From a virus, in IMG/VR virus record IMGVR_UViG_3300025015_000001: a stretch of 64,000 nt of DNA. One strand, given 5' to 3'. Below the pieces are notes generated by a model that worked only from the letters and a program-made list of their open reading frames with translations, ran no database searches and had not been told where the DNA came from. The position numbers were made by a program, and so were the translations under genes. Position 1 is the first letter of the stretch, and each line of letters starts with the position of its first letter. Shown in pieces: positions 22,146 to 32,235 of the stretch.

Positions 22146-22481
22146 TTATTCTTCATTTAATATCAACTCTTTTTTTGGAAATTCTTTTATAATATCATTA
22201 TAGAATTTATTAGCGAAATTATTTATTATGGTATCCAGTTGCGATGGTTTATACATACTAATGTTTTTTTCTACTATGTCTAACCAGCAGTCAAATTTAA
22301 AATCCCATTTATTTTCTATTGTAATAAAATTTAGCTTATGTATACTCTCGTACTCTGTCAATTCTTTATTCACCCCAAAAGAGGATAAAGCTGATGTTAG
22401 AGCGGGACTATGCGACCTATGTGTACGTAAAGTCTCTCTTTTTAGATTGTACCATTTGTGCATAAGATTTTCTGTTAACAT
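22146..22481 (-). CDS. Hypothetical protein
   Basis: 111-aa ORF within the operon. Confidence 0.45.
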   Translation of the reverse strand: MLTENLMHKWYNLKRETLRTHRSHSPALTSALSSFGVNKELTEYESIHKLNFITIENKWDFKFDCWLDIVEKNISMYKPSQLDTIINNFANKFYNDIIKEFPKKELILNEE

Positions 22482-22838
22482 TTACTCTCCTTTGTCTACC
22501 ATAAATTTTAGTTGCTTATTTCTTAGGTTGGTAATTTTAATTGCGTCTTCTAATTGTAATTCCTTAAAATCATTTAATATATAAGTAAATATTAATAATA
22601 AACTCTTATTTTCATAAATAACTGGCCCACTCAACCTAGGCGAAATAGAATGTCCTATAATACTGCTGCTGGCCATACACATCGTATCAATATTAAAATT
22701 TACACCATCAACTAAAAATCTAAATTCACTATCTAAAGGAACATAGTCCACATCTGTATTGTCATGAACATTTTTACATATCTCTTTTATGCACCTTTTG
22801 CAAACTTCCCATTTCTCTAAATAAGATTCACTATTCAT
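22482..22838 (-). CDS. LSLE-tag family protein with CxxC N-terminus
   Basis: KWEVCKRC...C at the N-terminus and LQLEDAIKITNL at the C-terminus. Confidence 0.6.
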   Translation of the reverse strand: MNSESYLEKWEVCKRCIKEICKNVHDNTDVDYVPLDSEFRFLVDGVNFNIDTMCMASSSIIGHSISPRLSGPVIYENKSLLLIFTYILNDFKELQLEDAIKITNLRNKQLKFMVDKGE

Positions 22839-23209
22839 ATATATTCCTCCACATAATTAGGGTAGTAAGAGGTAGTATATATTATTTTTTTAATATTCTT
22901 TTCCCTTATAAGTATTTGACAAAATATACAAGGTTTACATATAGCCAATTCGCCATTCTTATTTTCTCTATAAACATATAAAGTTCCTCCGGCGGAGTTA
23001 CCTGCTTTTAACAAACAATCTATTTCAGCGTGAACAGAGTTTTGCCATCTACTGTATTGTCTATGTCTGTTGTGTCTAAGTTTATTAAAACCAGTACTTA
23101 CTACCTTTCCTTTATTCACAAGTATTGCTCCTATCTTAACTTTGTAATGATTTGATTTTTTGCTTTCTATTTTTGCTTTGTTAAGATAGTATAATATAGG
23201 GGTTTTCAT
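22835..23209 (-). CDS. Deoxycytidylate deaminase-like protein
   Basis: HAE and PCxxC zinc motifs. Confidence 0.9.
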   Translation of the reverse strand: MKTPILYYLNKAKIESKKSNHYKVKIGAILVNKGKVVSTGFNKLRHNRHRQYSRWQNSVHAEIDCLLKAGNSAGGTLYVYRENKNGELAICKPCIFCQILIREKNIKKIIYTTSYYPNYVEEYI

Positions 23210-23844
23210 GATTTAAAATCTCTACATTTTATTTTAGTTATAATACGATGGCCTCCGCGTGTAAAAAGTTCTATGACAGGACGTGCTACTATTCCCTCTG
23301 CTTTAAAATTTCCATATGTAGATTGCATACCAGTTTTAGCTAAAGTTACTGCATCATCTAAAGTTCCTGCTCCTATAATAGGGACTATTTCTAAGTTTAG
23401 TTTATTAGCAATATTTTCTACATCTTTACGCTGAAGCCACCACTCACCAATTTTAATATCGAATAAAACAAACTTTTGAACAGTAGAATAGCCTCCCCCA
23501 GATTGGATACCTGCGCCTATTCCTTCTCCATACAGACATATGTTGCATGGAGCGCCTTCTTCTATTCTAAATATTTCTTTGAATTTATTTTCCAATGGAA
23601 GAAAGAATGAATTAAGGTTATTTAATAATTTGGCGGGGATACTAGCATTATCTGTCTTCCCACCAAATGTTATACGATTACCATCATATAGAGTTCTTAT
23701 GCACATTCCATCAAGCTTCTCACTAAAAGACCACATGTTATTTTTAAGATATTCAAATTCAGGAATAGAATAATATCCCTCTAGTATTTTCTTAGTATGC
23801 TCATCCCTTTTGTATATTGTATTAATTTTATGGTATTCTCTCAT
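23206..23844 (-). CDS. RNA ligase (Rnl2-like nucleotidyltransferase)
   Basis: EKLDG, LYGE, FDIK, EGIVARP and TKIK motifs. Confidence 0.8.
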   Translation of the reverse strand: MREYHKINTIYKRDEHTKKILEGYYSIPEFEYLKNNMWSFSEKLDGMCIRTLYDGNRITFGGKTDNASIPAKLLNNLNSFFLPLENKFKEIFRIEEGAPCNICLYGEGIGAGIQSGGGYSTVQKFVLFDIKIGEWWLQRKDVENIANKLNLEIVPIIGAGTLDDAVTLAKTGMQSTYGNFKAEGIVARPVIELFTRGGHRIITKIKCRDFKS

Positions 23845-24155
23845 CCCAACCTCCCATGTAGTTTGTTATGGCAATCATCACATACTATTATTCCTATATT
23901 ATTATCATGCTGATATTTTAATACATCTACTATAACATTTTTAATAAAATCTCTATTGCGCAAACCTAAGTTTGTAAACTTTAATTTAGCATTTTTTATT
24001 AACATGTTTAATTCTATCATATGGTGTACTTGTTTTTCTTCGAGGAGTAAATAGGCACCGCACTCCCTGCAAGTATCGTTACTAATTTTTAATTCGTTTT
24101 TCCAATTTTTGTAAGCACTATTATCTTTAATTTTTTGTCTGATAGATGCACTCAT
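23841..24155 (-). CDS. HNH endonuclease
   Basis: CxxC...VHH...CDDCHNKLH. Confidence 0.75.
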   Translation of the reverse strand: MSASIRQKIKDNSAYKNWKNELKISNDTCRECGAYLLLEEKQVHHMIELNMLIKNAKLKFTNLGLRNRDFIKNVIVDVLKYQHDNNIGIIVCDDCHNKLHGRLG

Positions 24156-24603
24156 ATTTTATTATATTCTCTAGTAAGTTTTATCATAGATTCTAATGAC
24201 AATTCAAGTTCATTATTAAGAGTCATATTATATACGTAACAGATTGCATCTTCATACGTATTGAATTTATTCCGGTTCTCATGAGTCTCTTTATCGTACC
24301 ATACTCTAAAGTACTGCTGGAAGCTGTTTGGGCATACGGTGCTTATTTCTACTTCTGGTAGATTAAAATATGGTCCCATTATTACGCCGCCTTTAATTTA
24401 TTATATTCCTTAGTAAGTTTTATCATAGATTCTAACGATAGTTCTAGGGCATTATTATACACCATATTATAGATGTAACAAATTGCATCTTCATACGTAT
24501 TAAACTGCCTGTACTGTGCAGATACGAGATACAACATATAGTTATTAGCTACTGTGTCCCACGCTAGCGTAAGTTCAGGCACTATAAATGCTTTCCACAT
24601 CAT
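24152..24603 (-). CDS. Two tandem paralogous small ORFs (24152-24379, 24382-24603), LSLE-tag family
   Basis: Both end FNTYEDAICY.YNM..NN.LELSLESMIKLT.EYNK and are near-identical at the DNA level. Confidence 0.75.
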
Positions 24604-25973
24604 AGCCTCAAATTAATAATTTCGCCTCTATGATTTTCTACTTCTATCATAGAAGTATTTATCATATCCTGAATTGTTAAATCTGTATTCTCCTGTATCT
24701 CAAACAACTCAGGTTTACTACCATCATAAATTTGCTTAGATTTTACTTGTACTATTTCTTTCGCAGGAAAAGAATAAGAACTTAGCATTCCCCCGAAAAC
24801 CGCGCCAGTGTCGATGTTGATTGCGTTCTTATACTTTTTGGGGGATACCCCGCATACCGCATGACCAAAGACTACAAACGGACCAGTATAGGACCTCGCC
24901 CAATCAATTCTTATTGGGTGACCATTATCATCTTCTCCTTGGGTAGGACCATACATACAATAATCTGATATGTCTCTATGATATTTTCCTATAAATTTTT
25001 TATTAAACGCACCATGAGTTACTACTATCTCTTCTCCATTAGTATGCTTAAAATGATAATAAGATTTTAAATTCTTATACATAAACTCTCTTAAAGATTC
25101 TTTAGCTTCTTCCGGAATTTGATCTATTGTTTTCTGTAGGCCGTCCGCTATCCTAACTTTTCTTCCTGATAGCCATCTCATAAGTTTATTATCATGATTG
25201 CTCATGACCCACCATCCGGTGTTATTTTCCATCATATGTCTAGCCAGTTCTAAACACCGCCAATTATCCGGGCCACGATCTGCAATGTCCCCAACAAATA
25301 CTATCTTACGCCCACTAGGGTGCCATATTTTTTGCCCACCTATTATGTACCCTAACTTACCGAGTAATTCATTAAGCTCTGAGAACGTTCCATGAACATC
25401 TCCTATTATGTCTATTCCGTGGTCTATATTAATTATATTATTTGTATCTAATAATTCTACAGTAATTTCATCTTCTGGGTTTACTATGAAAACATTATTT
25501 TGTTTTTCGAGGAAAGAATATGCAGACTTAAATCTTGTTGCGTGTTTTTTGACCACGCTTTCCCCTACTTTAGCAAACTCATCCCTAAGATTGTCTCTTT
25601 CAATACAAGTTTCTAGTGGAGTATTCATTACTATATAATATATAGGAACATGACTAGCCTTAGCTATTTCCTCTAGTTTGTGTCTAGACTCAGGGCTAAG
25701 ATTAGTAGCATTAGCTACTGTAAGTTGATTATGCTTTAACTTAGCTTCTATCATTGCGTGGAAAATAGTGAAAGCGCCATCGTTAAATTTTTGTAATTCT
25801 TGTTGTGTGAGATTATTATATTCTGTATGTAACATTATTCTACACTTATCTGATGATACTATTGCATTAATATTTCTTACAGATTTAAAATATTTATTAG
25901 CAAAGTAGTCTTTACCGCTACCAGAAATACCTACCATTGCTATTAAAGAATTATTTGGTATTTTTATTAGCAT
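24600..25973 (-). CDS. pnkp: Pnkp kinase-phosphatase (lacks ligase domain)
   Basis: P-loop GISGSGK, DATN-like NATN, and metallophosphatase GDVHG, GDIADRG, SNHD, HG, GH. Confidence 0.9.
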   Translation of the reverse strand: MLIKIPNNSLIAMVGISGSGKDYFANKYFKSVRNINAIVSSDKCRIMLHTEYNNLTQQELQKFNDGAFTIFHAMIEAKLKHNQLTVANATNLSPESRHKLEEIAKASHVPIYYIVMNTPLETCIERDNLRDEFAKVGESVVKKHATRFKSAYSFLEKQNNVFIVNPEDEITVELLDTNNIINIDHGIDIIGDVHGTFSELNELLGKLGYIIGGQKIWHPSGRKIVFVGDIADRGPDNWRCLELARHMMENNTGWWVMSNHDNKLMRWLSGRKVRIADGLQKTIDQIPEEAKESLREFMYKNLKSYYHFKHTNGEEIVVTHGAFNKKFIGKYHRDISDYCMYGPTQGEDDNGHPIRIDWARSYTGPFVVFGHAVCGVSPKKYKNAINIDTGAVFGGMLSSYSFPAKEIVQVKSKQIYDGSKPELFEIQENTDLTIQDMINTSMIEVENHRGEIINLRL

Positions 25974-26283
25974 TCTTTATCCCCTGTTTAATTTTAGTTA
26001 ACTGTAGCGCACTTTCAAAATCTAATTCTTTCTTAAATTTTTTGTCTATGTAATCAATACATTCTTTTAATGTATCAAAATTTTTATGCGGGACATAACG
26101 AAGTGCGTCAGCTGTTTTTAAATATAGTCTAAATTTGTTTGCCATAACACCCCATTCACATTTCGGGAATACTAAGATGTTAGTTATCCAAATAAGCCAA
26201 GTAGGACTGTTAATATCTTTGGTCTTATCTTTATACTCATCACATAAATATTTAGGACATTTTTTACAAGTTTCCCATTTCAT
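25951..26283 (-). CDS. LSLE-tag family protein
   Basis: KWETCKKCPKYLC...FDTLKECIDY...LDFESALQLTKI. Confidence 0.6.
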   Translation of the reverse strand: MKWETCKKCPKYLCDEYKDKTKDINSPTWLIWITNILVFPKCEWGVMANKFRLYLKTADALRYVPHKNFDTLKECIDYIDKKFKKELDFESALQLTKIKQGIKNANKNTK

Positions 26284-26866
26284 TTTTCACCTTTGTAATT
26301 GTGATTGCATCTTCTAAGCTAAGATTTTTCATCTGAAATAATAACATACTTAAGTTATCATTGATATCTATTTCATAACTCCTTCCAAATTCATATAGCA
26401 TAAATTTATTATCTACTGTAGATTTACATGGAGGTAACATTTTCCATTCATCGCTTGCTAATTCATTTGTTTTAAATATTGTACATAGTTCTTTGTTACA
26501 ATTAGTCCACCCACATGGGGCAGAATCCAGCCTACTGGCTAGACTAGATATAGTTGTGTAACTCTGATGGGCTGTTGTAAAACCGGCTGGAGGCAGCTTT
26601 ACGCTTAGTTCCCGGCCCAATGCAAGTGTTATCTTCAGCAACGTCTCGGTGGTCAGATTAGGCGTCCCGTTCAGCAATTTGGAAATAAAAGCGCGAGATA
26701 CGCCCAGTTTGTCAGCCAGCTCCGCCCTGTCGATACCCTTTTCCTCCATCGCGTTGCATATCTGTTCGGTGATACCCAATACCAACTCTTCGTGCTTGAA
26801 ATCAAAGGAGTCTTCATATTTTGCTATTTTTTCTTTCATCCATTCTGCGGCAGTTTTATTTGTCAT
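26264..26866 (-). CDS. XRE/HigA-like HTH fused to an LSLE-tag domain
   Basis: IDRAELADKLGVSRAFISKLLNG HTH encoded in GC-rich DNA, followed by an AT-rich tail ending LSLEDAITITKV. Start at ATG 26866 with AGGAG RBS. Confidence 0.75.
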   Translation of the reverse strand: MTNKTAAEWMKEKIAKYEDSFDFKHEELVLGITEQICNAMEEKGIDRAELADKLGVSRAFISKLLNGTPNLTTETLLKITLALGRELSVKLPPAGFTTAHQSYTTISSLASRLDSAPCGWTNCNKELCTIFKTNELASDEWKMLPPCKSTVDNKFMLYEFGRSYEIDINDNLSMLLFQMKNLSLEDAITITKVKNEMGNL

Positions 26867-26901
26867 TTCATTTCTCCTGATAGAAGGCAATTCTCAGTTC
26901 T

Positions 26902-27162
26902 TTAGCCCTCTCGATTTCTTTCTTCGGCAACTTCTGTGTCTCTATCTATACTAAATGGGTGGTTTGCTTTTAGTGCGGCATTAGCTTTGACTATTAATTG
27001 TTGATTAAATTCGTACCTAAAGTTTTGTAAACTACTAATGGCTGTATCGAGTATTTTAATATTCTCCATTACTAATACAAAAATCCTACTAGTAGAATCG
27101 TTTTTCACAGTTACTCTTGACACATGCATATCCTTATCAAAATTTCTAATCACATGTTCCAT
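26902..27162 (-). CDS. Hypothetical protein
   Basis: 86-aa ORF with GAGG RBS. Confidence 0.45.
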   Translation of the reverse strand: MEHVIRNFDKDMHVSRVTVKNDSTSRIFVLVMENIKILDTAISSLQNFRYEFNQQLIVKANAALKANHPFSIDRDTEVAEERNREG

Positions 27163-27230
27163 ATGTTAACACCTCGGAAAGCACTTAGGACAATTTACAC
27201 TATAGCTGTCACAAACATTTAATACTACTT

Positions 27231-28589
27231 TCATACCGCCCTCCTCTTAAGCACAACTCCAAACGTAGGATAATCTAAGACTCCTTTTTGTGTTACTTCT
27301 TTACCTTCTCCTATAGGGGAGGGTACTTCTAGTACTTGATATTGTTTATATTTATCTTGTACACCGAAAGCCCAGTTAGTCACCTCTGTATCTGTAAACT
27401 CAAACTTATGATCTTTATGCCGCAGCCCAGTAATCCCGAAGATACTATTATATAACGTATTAGGTGTAGTTATAAGAACGTATTTAGGCTTATAATAACC
27501 AAATATATTATCTATACTTTTACTTAATTGAAATTCTTCCATATGCTCGATAACCTCTTGCAGCACAAAGCAATCTTTGTTTAATAATTTTTCATCTTTA
27601 TATAGTAAAGAACTAAACCATATGTTATCCTGTAGTTTTCTATTATGTCTCTTAGCATGTATTATTGACGTTGGATTACAATCTACTCCATATAATTCTA
27701 AATTTTTATTAGGACTTAGTCTTTCTAATAATCTTCCGCTCCCACAGCCACAATCAACCACTGAAGTTACGTTAAGATTTTTTATCTGTTCTTCTATCCA
27801 CCTCAGTCTGTGTTCTCCTAAGTTTACTTTTTCTTCTAAGTTTACTTTTTCTTCTAAGGAAGTTTCTGTTTCCTGGTTCTCTGTAGTATTGGCAAAGTAC
27901 TTTTCTACTAACTTCTTTTTATACCTCATAAATCTATTTAGTATCAATGTCTGTAGTGGATGCTTCTTCACCCAGCCCTGCCCATGTTTTTCAAACTGGT
28001 TTGATAACAGTTCAGCATCTGGATTGAAATGAATGTAGTTATCTACAGTAGGAATCAGTATCATCAGCTTACTAAACAAATCTGAGATGGTTCCTATAGA
28101 TTTATATTCTATAGAATATACTTTAAATTTATTCCGCAGATACTCTATATCTTCTGATAGCTGTGTAACCACCACACCAGTATAGCCACAACCAGTAAAT
28201 AACTGTTCTATTATATCTGTTGGTAACGACGTGGTAAAAGGTAATAATTTTATTTCAAAATTAAAAACTATATCTTTATATTCTATAATGTCTTCTGCAT
28301 AGCTGTTGTTAATTGCTGTATTGAATGAGATCTTCAATTCTTTTAAAAATAAGGAGGACAATGCATACTCCCGATCTGTTACGTAGCCGTCTATATCATA
28401 TGCATTAGATTCTTTCCATAGTTTGTATTCTGGAAACTTGCAAGATATTACTACTTCACATTCATCTTGTAAATATTTAGGAAAGAAACATGTAAGATTA
28501 TCTTTAGTAAATATTTTAGCTGGGTGCTTCATTAGTGCGTAAGATAACTTATCAGCATTTGTCCCTTTAGTTTTTATTGATAGAAACAT
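27231..28589 (-). CDS. hen1: Hen1 3'-terminal RNA 2'-O-methyltransferase
   Basis: N-terminal LSYALMKHP and YVTDREYALSS (ligase-activating domain); MTase VVDCGCGSG, EVIEH, TTPN and RHKDHKFEF. Confidence 0.92.
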   Translation of the reverse strand: MFLSIKTKGTNADKLSYALMKHPAKIFTKDNLTCFFPKYLQDECEVVISCKFPEYKLWKESNAYDIDGYVTDREYALSSLFLKELKISFNTAINNSYAEDIIEYKDIVFNFEIKLLPFTTSLPTDIIEQLFTGCGYTGVVVTQLSEDIEYLRNKFKVYSIEYKSIGTISDLFSKLMILIPTVDNYIHFNPDAELLSNQFEKHGQGWVKKHPLQTLILNRFMRYKKKLVEKYFANTTENQETETSLEEKVNLEEKVNLGEHRLRWIEEQIKNLNVTSVVDCGCGSGRLLERLSPNKNLELYGVDCNPTSIIHAKRHNRKLQDNIWFSSLLYKDEKLLNKDCFVLQEVIEHMEEFQLSKSIDNIFGYYKPKYVLITTPNTLYNSIFGITGLRHKDHKFEFTDTEVTNWAFGVQDKYKQYQVLEVPSPIGEGKEVTQKGVLDYPTFGVVLKRRAV

Positions 28590-28599
28590 TTCCCCCCCT

Positions 28600-28938
28600 T
28601 TAATTTATTTGTTCCCCCAATTTAGGCAGCCTTGTAGTATACAAAATCTCTATGGGGTCTGTATAATAAGGAACTTCAGTAGTAATAGAAACTATATAAA
28701 TTTGATCATTAGAATTGGCTATTGATATTGATGATATATATTTGGGGCTGGTCTGAATCAATATTTGTCTATGATGATGCACTCCTATTATTACACCAAG
28801 AAGTAGCAATGCACATATGAATTTTATTATCCCTTTCTTATAGTAATCATAGTCTACGATATTTACTATCCCAAACGTACACAGAACTACTATTCCAATT
28901 ACCACAAAAATTGTTATAGGTATTTCCATTTTAACCAC
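28600..28938 (-). CDS. Membrane protein
   Basis: Two hydrophobic segments. Confidence 0.5.
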   Translation of the reverse strand: MVKMEIPITIFVVIGIVVLCTFGIVNIVDYDYYKKGIIKFICALLLLGVIIGVHHHRQILIQTSPKYISSISIANSNDQIYIVSITTEVPYYTDPIEILYTTRLPKLGEQIN

Positions 28939-29566
28939 CTCCTTTTAATAAATATTCAATATTTAATTTTTTACTTTTCTTGTGCCCAGATAGGATGCAG
29001 TATAAATAACTCATAGAGTAACCAGTTGCCTCTGAATATTCTTTAGGTGAAGCATATTGTTTTCCTGTAATTTTATCTATTAAAGGTTTATATGAGCCTT
29101 TAATTATTTTATCTCTATATTTTAACCAAAATTCTTTACCTAGTTTATGATTTTTGTTTCCTTTTAATTTTACTGAAATTTTAGAGATAGATTCTTTGCT
29201 ATGCTTTTTTCCATACATCGGGTGATTGCCACCCGTTAAGGCCTTAGAAATTTTTTGTTTAGCGTCTTCTCGGTGCTTATAACCAATCCTAGTAGCCCCA
29301 CCATCTCCACCACAGGTTATATTATAGACTGGTTTTAATTCTCTAATCAATCTAATCTCAGTATTATTTAGTTCCTCTACGGAAGAACATACTACTAATA
29401 TTTCTACTAAAAAATTTTCTTTTCCATATTTGGCTACGGCTGCTTTAAATTTAACACACCCACTACTGTTAGAGAAATGTCTTTGAATTCTGTGGGAAAG
29501 TTTTTTGGTAGTTTTACCTATATAAAAATCACCATTCACACAATTAACAATTTTATATACTATCAT
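28931..29566 (-). mobile_element. Free-standing GIY-YIG homing endonuclease (NUMOD3 repeats)
   Basis: IVYKI...FYIGKT and HREDAKQKIS / HSKESISKIS. Confidence 0.9.
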
Positions 29567-30693
29567 ACATCTTCCCTAATACGCAAACCGATTGGGAATC
29601 TTGGTATGCCATAAGATGTGTAATCTTGAAATTGCACCGTAAGCAGCTTGTCTTTCCATAAGCTATGATTTTCAAAATACTCTTTTAACTTAGCAGTACC
29701 CCCCGACATCTTAGTTTTGAATATTTCATTTCCTATAGCACAAACAAAAGCCCCAACATGCCCTGCGAGCTTTCCTCTGCCCTCCTCTATCCCCACAATT
29801 TTAAATTCGGAGTCCTGCATTTCTTTCACCTTTATTAAGTCCGAAGAACGTTTGTTTACATAGAGGCCTTTAGCATTACGCAGCATTGCTCCTTCTTTTC
29901 CTTCTGCTTTAAATTTAGTGTAGAAGTCTGTTACTTGTTCCTCATTGTCTACTATAAATGTTTCTACTAATTTTAGATATTTAAATTTAGAAGTATTCTC
30001 AAAATGTTTAAGTAAACTTTTATATCTATTCTCAAATGTATCTTTATTAACTACGTCATAGACATGATAAGATATTTCTGTACAATCTTTATCCGGCTCT
30101 TCTTGCTTAACTAAATGAACTATGTGTTCAAAATTATTACTTAATTTATCGGAGTAGCCCTCACCGTCTAGTATAATATCTTCTTTAAAATTTCTTTCTA
30201 TCTCAGCAATGACATGTGGAAGTGAGAAAATCTGTTTCCTGGTGCGGCTCCACAGAGTAGCCTTACCATCCTTTAAAATACAGATAATTCTTAATCCATC
30301 AAGTTTGGGCTGAGAGAAGCATGGGTACTTAATTTTACTCCCTTGCTTCTCGAATGTAAAGGCTAGCATAGGAAGTACACCACCTTCTACTATGCTATCT
30401 ACTTTTCCACTAGTAGCTTCTTCTTCTGATTTTACATAACCACTTTTTAATTTTTTATTCCATGTTGCTTCTGCTTCTTTAATAGCCTGTTCATATGGTG
30501 TAGTCTCATTAGTTTTACCATTATTCTTTCCTACAGAAATAATATCAGTAGTTATCTGAGGCTTATCCGTCCTCAGTTGGCCATACTCTGTGATGATTTT
30601 ACCATAGTTACATATGAACTCTTCAACAGATATTTTCCAATATTGTATGGCATTAGTGGATGTGAGTTTAAAAAGTGTAGGAAATTTTTTCAT
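29563..30693 (-). CDS. lig: ATP-dependent DNA ligase
   Basis: PMLA, QPKLDGLR, LDGE, YDV, EGAMLR, LIKVK and the OB-fold GIPRFP. Confidence 0.95.
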   Translation of the reverse strand: MKKFPTLFKLTSTNAIQYWKISVEEFICNYGKIITEYGQLRTDKPQITTDIISVGKNNGKTNETTPYEQAIKEAEATWNKKLKSGYVKSEEEATSGKVDSIVEGGVLPMLAFTFEKQGSKIKYPCFSQPKLDGLRIICILKDGKATLWSRTRKQIFSLPHVIAEIERNFKEDIILDGEGYSDKLSNNFEHIVHLVKQEEPDKDCTEISYHVYDVVNKDTFENRYKSLLKHFENTSKFKYLKLVETFIVDNEEQVTDFYTKFKAEGKEGAMLRNAKGLYVNKRSSDLIKVKEMQDSEFKIVGIEEGRGKLAGHVGAFVCAIGNEIFKTKMSGGTAKLKEYFENHSLWKDKLLTVQFQDYTSYGIPRFPIGLRIREDV

Positions 30694-30968
30694 ATTTTAT
30701 TCTCCTTTATAAATTTAGTCCACATTAATGTATCTTCTAATGTTAGTTCTTCACAATTCTCTATCATGTCTTGTAATGAATTATATAATCTGGGTTCTTT
30801 AGTTGGTTGTCTAGTTTCTACTCGGATCACCCCTTTATCAGATTTTTTCACCCTACACAGTAGTTTTATTTGTAAACTAGATTTGTTCTTGGTATCAATA
30901 TATTTGTTTGTAGCGCAGTATACTGCATGTGTACATCCTCTACAGATTGACACATAAGAGGGTATCAT
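30690..30968 (-). CDS. LSLE-tag family protein
   Basis: CRGC...C at the N-terminus and LTLEDTLMWTKF at the C-terminus. Confidence 0.55.
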   Translation of the reverse strand: MIPSYVSICRGCTHAVYCATNKYIDTKNKSSLQIKLLCRVKKSDKGVIRVETRQPTKEPRLYNSLQDMIENCEELTLEDTLMWTKFIKENKI

Positions 30969-32200
30969 TTCCCAAACCCCACACTACTAGCCTCTCCTGC
31001 TACACTAAAGTTATTTAATACTATGTTAACAGAATCTTCAAATACATCTAAAATTTCTTTTTGTCTTTTCTTAGATAATAACATAGAAGTCCTTTGTATT
31101 TCTTTGATATGTGATCCTGTTAGTTTTTTGTTATGACATAATTTTTTAAGATCATAATCTACAATATCACTACCAAAGAACATATCAATCATTTTATTTA
31201 TCTCATCATTAGTGGGTAATTTAAATTCATACTTTCTATTAAATCTACAAGGTCTATTTGCGATAGCAGAGTCTAAATGTTCAATATAATTGGTAGTGGC
31301 TATTACAATTATTGCATCATCTCTTTCATATAGTCCTGACATAAATTGTAGGAAATCAGCTAAGCCTCCACCATGATCCCGTACTACATCTCTGCTTTGC
31401 CCAAAGGAATCTATATCCTCAAATATTAATATACATGGTGCAAGGAAGTTATTTATAAATTCTGACAATGCTGTATAATATACTTGTGATATAACAAAAC
31501 AAGTAGAATATTTCTTTTCTAATGCTTTATTAATTATAGCTTGACATATTGCAGATTTACCCACACCAGGATTTCCATAAAATATTATTCCATTATTATC
31601 ATTTAGATTTTCTAAATGAAATATAGTATTATCATATATGTCCTCCTTAATTTTTTCATCCATTATTATATCATCAAATGTAGTTGACGGCGGATTTTTA
31701 AATATATAATTGACGCCATCACTACCATTAGTTATTTGAATATGTTTATTTCTTATTGGATTATTATACTTTATTTCATATTTTATTTTTTCTATAATCT
31801 CAGATATATCGTTGTTACTATTTATTGTAACTGTACCACAGTTGCTGTTAATGTCTATTACATACAATTTATTTTCATAATTAAATACCTGCTGACCGTG
31901 AACATTAATTATATCTTGCTTCTTATAGTCATATTCAAATTCCTGTGTAGCCTCTACATTGTAGGACAATACTTCTCCAGCAATTGATTTAACATAGTTC
32001 TGTATTACATAAGCATTAATTAAAAATGTAGCTCTGCTATGAGAGGACCAGGTGTACATATTGTATGTTTTATCTATTGATCTATTTAGAGGCTGTGGTG
32101 GCTTCACTTCGGTTTCTGTATTGGTCTTGTTTTTTACAGGGTCAATCAATCTACTAATTTCTTTGTTTAATCTTTCACTATTTATTGCGTGTCTGTGCAT
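30965..32200 (-). CDS. AAA+ ATPase
   Basis: Walker A GNPGVGKS, Walker B IFEDID, ATTN sensor and NRPCRF arginine finger. Confidence 0.9.
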   Translation of the reverse strand: MHRHAINSERLNKEISRLIDPVKNKTNTETEVKPPQPLNRSIDKTYNMYTWSSHSRATFLINAYVIQNYVKSIAGEVLSYNVEATQEFEYDYKKQDIINVHGQQVFNYENKLYVIDINSNCGTVTINSNNDISEIIEKIKYEIKYNNPIRNKHIQITNGSDGVNYIFKNPPSTTFDDIIMDEKIKEDIYDNTIFHLENLNDNNGIIFYGNPGVGKSAICQAIINKALEKKYSTCFVISQVYYTALSEFINNFLAPCILIFEDIDSFGQSRDVVRDHGGGLADFLQFMSGLYERDDAIIVIATTNYIEHLDSAIANRPCRFNRKYEFKLPTNDEINKMIDMFFGSDIVDYDLKKLCHNKKLTGSHIKEIQRTSMLLSKKRQKEILDVFEDSVNIVLNNFSVAGEASSVGFGK

Positions 32201-32235
32201 GCTGTGCTCCTTTACAAAGTAGTTAACTTAGAATG

